DNA of 64,000 bases from Anaeramoeba ignava BMAN (lineage: Eukaryota; Protista; Anaeramoebae), in contig JAPDFW010000128.1 of NCBI GenBank assembly GCA_028826165.1, positions 62,001 to 126,000 of the forward strand, given 5' to 3'. The translations under genes and the position numbers were made by a program. This document shows positions 26,860 to 41,755 of this stretch, in pieces. Under the pieces are notes generated by a model. It did not search any database, had not been told where the DNA came from, and saw nothing but the letters and a program-made list of their open reading frames with translations. Positions within the stretch are counted from its first letter, which is position 1; the number at the start of each line of letters is the position of its first letter.

Positions 26860-28828
26860 TTATTTTTTCATTTGAATTTTTTGTAAAGTTTCTTTGATTA
26901 ATTTTGAATTTTGTTTGTGAAATTCAATTTGATTTGAAACAAAATCTTTTAAAGAATTTTGGAAACTACTTGCATGTTGAGTATGAAAAAAATCAATTTC
27001 TGTAAGAGAAATTATCAAATTTTTTGCAAGTTTTGATTCCTTTTCATTAAATTGATTTTGATTAATGCTAATATTATTGATGATATTAATATTATTTTTG
27101 GATTCAATATTTTGAATTTTTTTATCATCATTTTCAATTGAAATTTTTGATAGATTTTCTTTTGATTCTTTTTCTTGTTTGATTTTCAATTCATTTCGAT
27201 AATTTATGTGATATTTCTTCTCGAGAAATTGTGATATTTTATTTTTTTGTGAGTATTCCAAACTTTCTTGAATAACTTGTGATTCTTTTATATAATCCAT
27301 AATTGGTTCAACAAAATTTTCAGTTTCATTTTTCATTTTATGTTTCCATAAATAAGATATTTTTTGGCAACATTCAGAAACCAAATTAAACATGTTTTTC
27401 CATTGTGTTTGTTCTTGAATAGTGTTGATTTTCCAACAGAAATTTGTTTTATGGATTGAATCCAAAATTGTCCCTAATTTGTCAAAAAGGTGAAAAATTT
27501 CATCGTAGTGATTATTTGTCATTTGAGAAGCGAAATTCTCAAGAATGCGCATGTTTTTATCAAATGCAATATTGATTCTTTGGAATTGAAACAGCTCTTT
27601 TATTTGAGTTTCTTTTAGTTGAATATTTGGAGAAAAAATAACATGATCCAAAAATGGTTCCATATTTTTCATTTTTTTCCTAATTAAATTTTTCCCAATT
27701 TTCCAATTTTTATGATCAGGTGCATATATAAAATGAAGGAATATCGGTGATTTTTGTAAAACTGGATGAAGAGCAACTCTATTAAGAAATGATTCTAATT
27801 TTCGTCTTCTTTTGTTCAAAACTTTTTTCTCAAATCTTCCTCCAATTTGTTTTTCAGGTAAAACTGGAATTGGAATTAATTTATATCTTGTTTGCATTCT
27901 TTCTCTAATCCAAAGGAAATGTTTAAATCTTTGTTTGACGATTACATCCTTATATTTATATTTTTTTAAAAAAATTATATTATTTTAAAATTATATTTAT
28001 ATTATTTTTTATTATTTTTTTACATCATGAATTATTTCATAAAGTGAAAATTTTTTTAATCCTTTATATTTTCCCATTTTTGTTGGTTCTTTAACTTTAA
28101 ATATTTTTGATTTTTTTGATGATAATTTTTTCCATTTAAAATTATCCTAATTTTGAAAATGTAAATTTTAAATAAATAATTAATTAAATTCAAATTAAAT
28201 TCAAATTAAATAAAAATTTTTTACAAGAATTTCGAAATTTTGTTCTTTAAATTCAAATGTATATTCTTGAGGATTAGTTTGAATATGATGATGATCATCT
28301 AAAAGAAAATTTAAAAGGAATAAAAATTTAAAATCAAAAAAGAAGAAAAAAATTACTTGAAATATTTGAAGTAATTAATTTTTGTTCGAATTGATTTTCA
28401 TTTTGAATTTGATTTTCATTTTGATTTTCATTTTGAATTTGATTTTCAATTTTATTTTCATTTTGATTTTCATTTTGATTTTCATTTTGATTTTCAATTT
28501 CATTTTGATTTTGATTTTGATTTTGATTTTGATTTTGATTTTCATTTTGATTATTTTCATTTTCATTTTCAATTTGATTTTCATTTTCATTTTCATTTTC
28601 ATTTTCATTATTTTCATTTTCATAATTTTCAAATAAAGGAAAATTTTCAAATTCTTTTAAATTTTTAACACAATCTTTTGGAAAAAAACCAACAACATCT
28701 TCTAATTCACCAATAAACCAACCAGAATCATGTTCTTTAAGGATTTTTACAACATCTCCTTTTTGAAGTGTCAGTTCATTTTCTTCTTGAGAAATAAATG
28801 GAAAAATTACAATTGCAAAAGAAGTCAT
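26860..28828 (-). CDS. SNX9/18/33-like SH3-PX-BAR sorting nexin; exons 28828-28357, 28298-28225, 28146-28024, 27948-26860
   Basis: SH3 (ELTLQKGDVV...GWFIG...GFFP), yoke EPTKMGKYKGLKKF, PX QRFKHFLWIRER...PVLPEKQIGGRFE...HPVL, then WKIGK and a helical BAR-like tail. Confidence 0.88.
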
Positions 28829-28981
28829 CGTTAAATAATTAATAAAATAATTAATAAAATTAAAAAATGAAAAAAAATTTAGGAAAATAAAGAAAAGAGA
28901 AAAAAATGAAAAAAAAATATTTGAAAAAAAAAATTTTTATTTAAAAAAAAAAGAGCAAAAAAAAAAAAAAATTTGGATTGT

Positions 28982-30497
28982 TTATTTTCTTTTTTTGTTT
29001 CTTTTTTTATTTTCTTGTTTTGTTTTCTTTTGAATTTTTTCTGTTTCATTTTCTTTTGTAGTTGTTGAATATTGAATTGCTTTTTCTTTTAATGTATCTA
29101 AAATTTTTGCAAATATGGTTACAACTTGTTTATAATATTTAGTTAAAAATTTTTCAATTTGTGGTTCATGATCATTTACAAATTTTGTAATTGGTTGAAA
29201 AACAAGATCAAGAATTTTTTCTGTTTGTTCATTTTGTTTATAAATCTTTAATTAAATTTAAATAAAAATAAATAAAAATAAAAAATTAGGGAAAATAAAT
29301 TAAAATATTTGATGAAATAAATTAAATTGAATATTGAAATGAATATTAAATATTAAATTGAATATTGAATTAAATATTAAATTGAATATTGAATTGAATA
29401 TTGAATATTGAATTAAATGAATATTGAATTAAATTGAATTGAATATTGAATATTGAATTGAATATTGAATTGAATATTAAATATTGAATTGAATATTGAT
29501 TTAAATATTGAATATTGAATATTGAATATTGAATATTGAATATTGAATTGAATATTAAATTCAATATTGAATATTGAATTGAATATTAAATATTGAATAT
29601 TGAATTGAAGAATATTGAATAAGAAATTGAATTGAATTGAATATTGAATTGAATATTGGAATGAATATTGAATGAATATTGAATATTGAATATTGAATTG
29701 AATATTGAATATTGAATTGAATTGAATATTGAATATTGAATATTGAATTGAATTGAATATTGAATTGAATATTGAATATTGAATATTGAATATTGAATAT
29801 TGAATATTGAATATTGAATTGAATATTGAATTGAAATTGAATTGAATTGAATATTGAATATTGAATTGAATATTGAATTGAAATTGAATGAATATTGAAA
29901 TGAATATTGAATCGAAATTGAATTGAATATTGAATGAATCGAATTGAATATTGAATATTGAAATATTGAATTGAAATTGAAAATTGAATATTGAATATTG
30001 AAAAATTAAAAATTATTTGATGAAATAATTGAAAAATTGAATATTGAAATAAGATTAAAATTAAAATAATTGATGAAATAATTAAAATTGAAATAATTGA
30101 TGAAATAATTAAAATAATTGATGAAATAATTAAAATAATTGATGAATTAATTAAAATAAGATTTAAATTGAAATAATTAAAATAAATTGAGAATTAATTC
30201 AATTTAAAAAGTAATTGTTTTTATTTTTTGATTTTTTTATTTATAAATTCTTACAAAAAGTTCAATTGAAATAAGCATTATCATTAATGATTTTGCCCAA
30301 AAATAAAAGGGAATCCAAGCAATAAGTAAATCTCCAAATGTTTCTATTGCTTTAAATGATGAAAAAAAAACCCAATATTTAAATAAAACTGTAATTTTAT
30401 CTTTTTGATTTGTTTGAACATTTTTAAGTGAAACATAAATAGGAATAAGCCAACCAAAAACAAAAATAAGTAATTTTGAAATTAAATGAGAAGCCAT
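28982..30497 (-). CDS. REEP/Yop1/HVA22 (TB2/DP1) ER-shaping protein; exons 30497-30255 and 29245-28982
   Basis: GWLIPIYVSLK, KYWVFF, IAWIPFYFWAK and HEPQIENFL. The ~1-kb GT-AG intron is filled with ATTCAAT repeats. Confidence 0.88.
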
Positions 30498-30705
30498 TAA
30501 AGGAAAAAAAGGAAAAAAAGAAAAAAGGAAAATTTTAAAACAAAATTTTTAAAAAGGAAAAAAAAATGAAAAAAAAAATAATTTTTTTAAGTTTTTCATT
30601 TTTTCATTTTTTTTAATCATAAAAAAAAATTTTGTTTTAATTTTTAATTTTTAATTTCTTCATTTTTTTTTTTAAACAACAAAAACGAAAAAATTTTTTT
30701 TAATT

Positions 30706-33258
30706 ATGAATCAAAATCAAAATCAAAATCAAAATCAAAATCAAAATCAAAATCAAAATCAAAATCAAAAAATTTTAATTCAAGAAAAAAATTCATTTAA
30801 TACAAATTTAACTCATTTAGATGAAAATTTTTTGATAAGTTCAGATGATAATTTTCAAGAAGAAACATTTAATTTTGATGGAGAAGAACTTTTAAGTGAT
30901 AATATTAATAATTCGAACAATAAAATCAATGAAAATAATGAAAATAATGAAAATAATGAAAATATAAATGAACAAATTCAATTCAAAGAATTTGGAAAAA
31001 AATCAATTATTCAAAATAAAGATGATCAAATCAAAACAGAAGAAAAAGACCATCAAATTCAATCAAAAAGTAGTGAAAAAAAACAAGAAAATTTATTAAA
31101 AAGAAAAATGCAAAATTCTCCAATGAATTCAAGAATTAATTTGTCAAATCAAAAAGAATTTATTGAAAATCAACAATCAAATCCAAAACAAGAATATATA
31201 CAGAATGAGCATTTAATTCACAGTTATCATCATCAAGTTGAACCAACAGCACCACCTTTAGAAACAGAAAACCAAAATCAAAATTTCAAAATCAAAATCA
31301 AAATCAAAATCAAAATCAAAATCAAAATCAAAATCAAAATCAAAATCAAAATCAAAATCAAAATCAAAATCAAAATCAAAATCAAAATCAAAATCAAAAT
31401 CAAAATCAAAATCAAAATCAAAATCAAAATCAAAATCAAAATCAAAATCAAAATCAAAATCAAAATCAAAATCAAAATCAAAATCAAAATCAAAATCAAA
31501 ATCAAAATCAAAATCAAAATCAAAATCAAAATCAAAATCAAAATCAAAATCAAAATCAAAATCTAAAATCAAAATTAAAATCAAAAAATCATTCAACAAC
31601 CCCATTCTTATGAAAAACATCACCCAAAATTTAATGGTAATTATCAAAGAAGAAATGTCTCTAGATCTCTTAATAAATCATTTTCAAAAAAAGGAAAAAA
31701 ATCACAAAAGAAAAAAGAGATCGAAGAAAAAAGCAATTTATCAACAATACAAAAACAAAAAGAAGCAGGAAAAATAATTGCAGATTCATTGCAACAAATC
31801 TTCACACAAGCAAAAACTATTTATCCAAATGAAGATAATGAAAGTGAAACAGCACCAAAATATGATTTGCTTTATGTTAATGATCAATTAAATTATTTTG
31901 GATTCCAAACAATTCCAAATGAATCATATCAAAATGAAAATGAGCAAAGAAAATGTCTTATTCAAAGATTAGTTGAGTTATTAGAGAGTTTGAAGCAAAA
32001 AGAAGAAAATATCCAACATTTAAATCAAGAAAATTTTGGTATTCAACAAAAAATGGATGAATTAAACAAAATGAATCAACAATATATTCAAGAAAATCAA
32101 ATGCTAAAAGATAAGATAAATGATCTTGATAATGAGAATGAGAAATTAAAGAAAGAAAACCAAGAAATTTCTGAGAAATTAATTAAAAAAAAACAAGTAA
32201 AACAACAACAACAACAACAACAATTACCCAATTTAGGAAGGAGATTATCAGTTCAAGAACAAGCCAAATATGATCAAGCACAAGTTCTTAAATCCCTTGT
32301 CAATTCTCAAAACTCTCCCAATTTACAAAATCAAAGAATTCGGGTTCTCAGTCAAAGTTTAAATGATCAACAATTATCACCTCGAAATTTCTTATCAAAT
32401 ATTTCTGCAATAAATTCCCAAGATTATCAATCAAATCAAGCAACAGAAATTTTGGAATCAGTTCAATCAAGTTTAAAAGTGAATGATTATTCCTTGATTA
32501 TCCCCAAAATTAGCAAAATGAAAAAGCAAGTTAGTGAACATGAAAAATTTCTTGATGAAGTTTTTTCATTGATTGAACCACTTGATTTTGATAATGAAAA
32601 TCAAATGAATTTTTTCACTAAAAACTTATATCAGCAAAACACAAGTGTTTTTGATTACAAATCAAACCAAATCAAGCAAAGATTAAACAGTTGGCAAGAA
32701 GCAATTGCGAATATGAAAAAATTGAGAGATTTCCAACAAAAAGTTTCTAAAGAATTAAATCGAGCAAGTCTTTATGATGCAAATCAATTTTCAATTTTAA
32801 CAAGTACAATTGAATCTTTTCAAAATTCATTTAGAGGACTTTTAAGAAATTCAAATCGAACAAAATCACAAGTTTCATTGGAAAAAATGATTAACCAAAT
32901 TCGAGAAATTGTTGATTTTTATATTTCTCATTCCAAAATGAACCCAAATGAAAATCAATTTGAAAATCAACAGAATTTAAATTATTATAATCGTGATTCT
33001 TCTTTTAAACCTTCTATTCATTCTTTTACTCGAGAAGCACAAATCATCAATCATTTCCAACAACTTTTTTCAATTTCTTCAATTGATGATGTTATTACTT
33101 CAATGAATAACTTATTTTTGGAAGTTAAAGAAGCAAATAGTAGATTACAAACTTTAAAGGAAACTTTAAGTCTTGATTCAAATTCTTCATTTAATGATTG
33201 TATTGAAGAAATTTATGATTTGATTTATTACGCAAAAATTTCAAAAGAAAAAAAGTAA
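30706..33258 (+). CDS. CEP70-like centrosomal coiled-coil protein (frameshift near 31285 at the start of the (AATCAA)n tract)
   Basis: YVNDQLNYFGF near the start of the conserved part and C-terminal IINHFQQLFSISSIDDVITSMNNLF...LKETLSLD, matching the CEP70 C-terminal motif. Confidence 0.7.
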
Positions 33259-33486
33259 AAAAAAAAAACAAACAAATTAAGAAAAAGCAAAAAAAAAAAA
33301 ATTAACTTCAAAGAAATTTTACAATTAAAAAAAAAAAAGCAAATAAAAAAAGTGGAACAAAAAAAAAATTTTTTTCTTTTTCTCTTTATTATTCTTATTC
33401 TTATTATTATAATAATAATATTAGTTAGTTTTAAATAAAAAGTAAAAAAAAAAAAAAGTGGAACAAAAAAATGGACAAAATATTTT

Positions 33487-35820
<2,334 letters not shown>

Positions 35821-36024
35821 TTTTTTTTATAACGAAAATAAAAGAAAAATAAAATAAGAAAACTTATTTGAATTAATAAATTGTTGGAAATTAAAAAATA
35901 AAGAAAAAAAATGAAAAAATGATTTTTTAAAAAATAATTTTTGATTTAAGTTTTTTATTTGATTTTTTTTTTTTGGATTTTGAAAAGAAAAAAGAAACAT
36001 TGCTTTTTTTTTTTAAAAGAAAAA

Positions 36025-37665
36025 TCAATTAGAAAAATCATTTTCATCTTCAAAATCATCATCATCATCAAAAAAAGGTTTATAATTTTTTGAATTTGAT
36101 TTTGATTTTGATTTTGAATTTGATTTTGTTTTCGTTTTCTTAAATGTTCGATTATTATTTTCTTTTGATCTTTTTTTATTTGGTTGTTTAACATGTTGTT
36201 CAATTTTCTCAACTCTTTTTAATAATTCTTCTTCTTTTGAAACGAAAGAAGAATCTGAATTGGAATCACTTTGTTCTAAAGGTGAATTTTTTGGATTTTC
36301 AAAATGTTCAATTACATTTTGTTGGAAATTTGTCATTAAATGTTTTGCAGTTAAAACTAAAGAATGAATATTAATAACTTGTTCGCTATTTAATGAATTT
36401 TTCAAATTATTTCCGTTGGAGAATCTCATAAGAATATTTCCAATATTTTCAAGTGAGAGATCAATTTTCTCCAGAACCATTTGTAACAGTTTCGTTTGGC
36501 TTTTTTCTTGTTCTTGAAGTTGATTTTCAAGTAAAGAAAGTTGTTTTTGTTGTTTGTTGATCTTTTTTTCTTGCATTCGTAGAATTGTTTCTTTTGGTGT
36601 TCTTGATTTCTGGTTTGAGAACCATCGCGACACCCTCTTCTTGTCCCATTTTAAATGTTCAGCAAGTGACTCTAGCTCCTTTTGTGTCGGATTTTGGTTC
36701 TTGACAAAAAATTGTTTCAGAAAATTTTTTTCTTGTTTTGTTGGCATTCTTCTTTGAGTTGCTCTTTTTTTCGTTGTTTTGTTGTCATCATTAGATATTG
36801 AAGTGGAGAAAGTGTTTTCATTCAATGTGTTGTTTGCTGATACATTCGTGTTTTGGACTTTGGATTGTCTCTTTTTTGATTTTGTTGCCAAAGATGATTT
36901 TTCGATTTTTTGATGTTGATCATTTTGTGAATTTTTTTGAACTAGCAAATTTTTATTTAATCCAAGAGGATCTGGAATGGAGAATCTTTTCTCAAGATTT
37001 TCTAAGTTTAAAGGTGTGTCTTTGCTGTTCAAATCTTCATTCCATTTTTCATTTTGAATTTGATTTTGAATTTCATTTTGAATTTGAATTTCATTTAAAT
37101 TTTCATTTGAATTTTCATTTTGAGAAAAAGAATTTGGTAAAGAAAAATTTTTTCCTGGAAGGTTTTCTTGGGTTGTTTTGCTTGGATCATTACTCTGCGA
37201 GAAACTTGGATGCTGTTTTTGCGGATGAGTGTTTTTTGTTCTATTTGAAGAAATTATATAAAAAGGTGATTCGAGCAAAGGATCTTTGGGAAAAGATTCT
37301 TGAGATTGATTGAGATTTGGGGCATTAAAAGGAGCTAATTCTCGAGAGGATCGACGAAAGAGGAAGGATGAATCTTCTGAAGTAGGTTGTGTGGAAATTA
37401 CTTGGGGCATGTGTGGTTGGATGTAGTTATGTTGTTGGGTATAAGACTGAGGATTAATAGGAACAAATTGCGAAGGATTGAAAAATTTATAAGAATTTTG
37501 ATTTTCAAATTTTTCGTTTAAAGAATTGTTTATTTTTTTATTTGGTTCCATTTCCATAATTCTTGGTGTTGAAATTGGTGTTGGACATGTTGATTTTTGT
37601 GGACGATAATTTGATAAAAGTTCTTCTTCATTCATCAAAATTGCTTTTATACATAAAGTTTCCAT
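36025..37665 (-). CDS. Homeodomain transcription factor (homeodomain at ~36590-36775, followed by coiled coil)
   Basis: RRMPTKQEKNFLKQFFVKNQNPTQKELESLAEHLKWDKKRVSRWFSNQK. Confidence 0.88.
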   Translation of the reverse strand: METLCIKAILMNEEELLSNYRPQKSTCPTPISTPRIMEMEPNKKINNSLNEKFENQNSYKFFNPSQFVPINPQSYTQQHNYIQPHMPQVISTQPTSEDSSFLFRRSSRELAPFNAPNLNQSQESFPKDPLLESPFYIISSNRTKNTHPQKQHPSFSQSNDPSKTTQENLPGKNFSLPNSFSQNENSNENLNEIQIQNEIQNQIQNEKWNEDLNSKDTPLNLENLEKRFSIPDPLGLNKNLLVQKNSQNDQHQKIEKSSLATKSKKRQSKVQNTNVSANNTLNENTFSTSISNDDNKTTKKRATQRRMPTKQEKNFLKQFFVKNQNPTQKELESLAEHLKWDKKRVSRWFSNQKSRTPKETILRMQEKKINKQQKQLSLLENQLQEQEKSQTKLLQMVLEKIDLSLENIGNILMRFSNGNNLKNSLNSEQVINIHSLVLTAKHLMTNFQQNVIEHFENPKNSPLEQSDSNSDSSFVSKEEELLKRVEKIEQHVKQPNKKRSKENNNRTFKKTKTKSNSKSKSKSNSKNYKPFFDDDDDFEDENDFSN

Positions 37666-38074
37666 TTTTGTATTTCAATTAAAAAAAAAACAAAAGCAAA
37701 TAATAACTGTAATAAAAATAACAGAAATTAAAACAAAAAGTGAAAAAATTTGTGAAAGAAAAAAAAAAATAAAAGGAAAAAAATGAACTAAAAAAAATGA
37801 GTTTTTTTGTCATTTTTTATTTTAAATGACTAATTTTTATTCCTTAAAAAAATGAGTTTTCTCCTTTTAATTCCAATTAAAAAATTTAAATCTAAATATA
37901 AAAATAAAAACAAAAATTGAAAATCAAGAACTTTCTCTTTTTATTTTTCAATTAAAAATCAAGAACAAAAAAACAAAAACAAAAAAACAAAAACAAAAAC
38001 AAAAACAAAAACAAAAACAAAAACAAAAACAAAGAAGATTTATATCACAAAAATTTTAATTATTAAATGAATTA

Positions 38075-39830
38075 TCAAATAATTTGTTGATTAAATTATT
38101 AAATGAATTATTGATTAATTTGTTAATTAATTTATTGATTAATTTATTGATTAATTTGTTAATTAATTTGTTAATTAATTTGTTAATTAATTTGTTGATT
38201 AATTTGTTAATTAATTTGTTAATTAATTTGTTAATTAATTTGTTAATTCATTTGTTAATTAAATTATTAATTAAATTATTAATTAATTTGTTAATTAAAT
38301 TGTTAATTAAATTATTAATTAATTTGTTAATTCATTTGTTAATTAAATTATTAATTAAATTATTAATTAATTTGTTAATTAAATTGTTAATTAAATTATT
38401 AATTAATTTGTTAATTAATTTGTTAATTAATTTGTTAATTAAATTATTAATTCATTTATTAATTCATTTATTGATTAATTTGTTAATTAAATTGTTAATT
38501 AATTTGTTAATTCATTTATTGATTAATTTGTTAATTAATTTGTTAATTAATTTATTAATTAATTTGTTAATTAATTTATTGATTAATTTGTTGATTCATT
38601 TATTAATTAATTTGTTAATTAATTTATTGATTAATTTGTTAATTAATTTGTTAATTAATTTATTAATTAATTTGTTAATTAATTTATTAATTCATTTGTT
38701 AATTAATTTGTTAATTCATTTATTAATTAATTTGTTAATTCATTTTATTGATTCATTTATTGATTAATTTGTTAATTCATTAATTTGATTCATTTATTGA
38801 TTAATTAATTTGTTAATTAATTTGTTAATTAATTTGTTAATTAATTTATTAATTAATTTGTTAATTAATTTATTGATTAATTTGTTAATTAATTTATTGA
38901 TTAATTTGTTAATTAATTTGTTAATTAATTTGTTAATTAATTTATTGATTAATTTGTTGATTAATTTATTGATTAATTTGTTGATTCATTTATTGATTAA
39001 TTTGTTAATTAATTTGTTAATTAATTTGTTAATTCATTTATTGATTAATTTGTTAATTAATTTGTTAATTAATTTGTTATTAATTAATTTGTTAATTAAT
39101 TTGTTAATTAATTTGTTAATTAATTTATTAATTAATTTGTTAATTAATTTGTTAATTAATTTGTTAATTAATTTGTTAATTAATTTGTTAATTAATTTGT
39201 TAATTAATTTGTTAATTAAATTGTTAATTAATTTGTTAATTAATTTATTGATTAATTTGTTAATTAATTTGTTAATTAATTTGTTAATTAATTTATTGAT
39301 TAATTTGTTATTTGATTAATTTGTTAATTAATTTGTTAATTAATTTGTTGATTCATTTGTTAATTAATTTGTTAATTAATTTGTTAATTAATTTGTTAAT
39401 TAATTTGTTAATTAATTTGTTAATTAATTTGTTAATTAATTTGTTAATTAATTTGTTAATTAATTTGTTAATTAATTTGTTGATTAATTTATTGATTAAT
39501 TTGTTGATTAAATTGTTAATTAATTTGTTAATTAATTTGTTAATTAAATTGTTAATTAAATTGTTAATTAATTTATTGATTAAATTATTTGAAAATTGTT
39601 GATTAAATTGTTAATTAAATTGTTAATTAAATTGTTAATTAAATTATTGTTTAATTTGTTGATTCATTTGTTAATTAATTTATTAATTAATTTATTGATT
39701 CATTTGTTAATTAAATTATTAATTAATTTATTGATTCATTTGTTAATTAAATTATTAATTAGTTTATTGATTCATTTGTTGATTCATTTGTTGATTCATT
39801 TGTTGATTCATTTGTTAATTCATTTGTTGG
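38075..39830. repeat. ~1.75-kb satellite of 12-bp unit TTAATTAATTTG and variants
   Basis: Directly visible, roughly 145 units. The right end is read as the TNES repeats at the C-terminus of the C2orf69-like gene. Confidence 0.97.
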
Positions 39831-41439
39831 ATTAGATTGAAATAATTCAAGAGTTTTAAAATGATGAAAAATTCCACATTGAGATTTTTTAAGTTCTTTA
39901 AAGAATAATTTATAATAAAATTGGATATTATTTTCTTTTAAATTTTTGCAAAAAAATTTTTTTTGTTGACCAATCCAAGGTCTTGTTTGATCATAAATTT
40001 GTCTTGGAGTTGCAAATATAAATATATTAATATGTGAAGTATTTTTTATAAAATTTGAAAAATTTAAAATATCATCATTTTCATGTGGAAAAAGATGAGC
40101 ATCTAACCAATAAAAAGATATTATTTTTTTTGAAAAATCAAACATTTTTGAAAATTTTGGATCTTTTTGATTTTTGTTTAGATAAGCAATTTCTTGAACC
40201 AATCTGAAAGAAAATTAAAATTAAAATTTATTTTTAAAATTCATTTATATTTATATTTATATTATTTAAGTATTTATATTTATATTTATATTTATATTTA
40301 TATTTAGATTTATATTTATATTTTAAATATTTATATTTATATTTTAAATATTTTTATTTTAAATATTTTGATTTATATTTATATTTATATTTATATTTAT
40401 ATTTTAAATATTTATATTTATATTTTAAATATTTATATTTATATTTTAAATATTTATATTTATATTTATATTTATATTTATATTTATATTTATATTTATA
40501 TTTATATTTTTATTTATGTTTATATTTATATTTTTGAACCAATCTGAAAATTAATATTTTTTAAAATATTTATGTTTTTAAAATATTTTATATTTTAAAT
40601 ATTTTTATTTTAAATATTTTTATTTTTTAAATATTTATATTTTAAATATTTATATTTATATTTATATTTATATTTTTATATTTATATTTATATTTATATT
40701 TATATTTATATTTATATTTATATTTATATTTATATTTATATTTATATTTTATATTTATATTTTAAATATTTATATTTATATTTTAAATATTTATATTTAT
40801 ATTTTAAATATTTATATTTATATTTATATTTTAAATATTTATATTTATATTTTAAATATTTATATTTATATTTATATTTTAAATATTTATATTTATATTT
40901 TAAATATTTATATTTTAAATATTTTGATTTATATTAAAATTCGTTTATAAAATTAAAATAGATATCGAAAAACAACCTTTCAAGAACAACAGAACCTCTT
41001 GAAAAACCAATAATAATAAATTGTTCAGGAAAATCAATCTTTAAAGATTTACAATAAAATAATAAAGAATTATAAAGAAAATTAAAAGCAATAATTTGAT
41101 GTTTCTGATTTTTTTTTGGAGGAAGAAATTTTGAATAATCAGCAAAACCTTTAATAAGTTTAGGTCTTTTAAATATTTTAATTTTTTAATTCGTAATTTA
41201 ATTTATGTTTTGAATTTATTTTTCTTAATTTATTTTTTTATTGACTACTTTGGCATTAAAATATTTGAATCAGGAAATTTCTCTTTTAAAATTTTCATTG
41301 TTTTTTCAAGTGAATATTCTTCATAAATTCGTTCAATTTCATTTTGAAAATTTTGAATATCTCCTTGAAAATAAATAACTGTTGTTTTTGGATTTAAAAT
41401 TAAATGAGAAAAAACTGGAAAAAATTCTTTTTGATTCAT
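39759..41439 (-). CDS. C2orf69/UPF0565-like protein (putative alpha/beta hydrolase); exons 41439-41249, 41165-40977, 40203-39759
   Basis: IYFQGDIQN, IIGFSRGSVVL, FYWLDA, ATPRQIYDQTRPWIG and HFKTLELF match the family motif order. Both introns are GT-AG and phase 2. Confidence 0.82.
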
Positions 41440-41755
41440 ATTAAAAAAAAAATGAAAAAATGAAAAAAAAAATTTTTAATTTAATTTTTAATTTAATTTT
41501 TAATTTAAATTTTTTTAATCAGAAACTCAGTTATAAAAATATTGAGTAACGGTTATAATCAAAGATTAAATTAAATAATCTCATATGACCGTCGTGAATT
41601 TGTTACATTTTTTCTTCATTGTTTCTGATATAATTTTTTAATTTAAAAAAATGAAAAAAATAAAAAAATGAAAAAAAAAATTATTTTTTTTAATTAAATT
41701 TTCTCCTTTTTTTTTCATTTTTTTTTTCTCCTTTTTAATTAATTTAAATTAAAAA

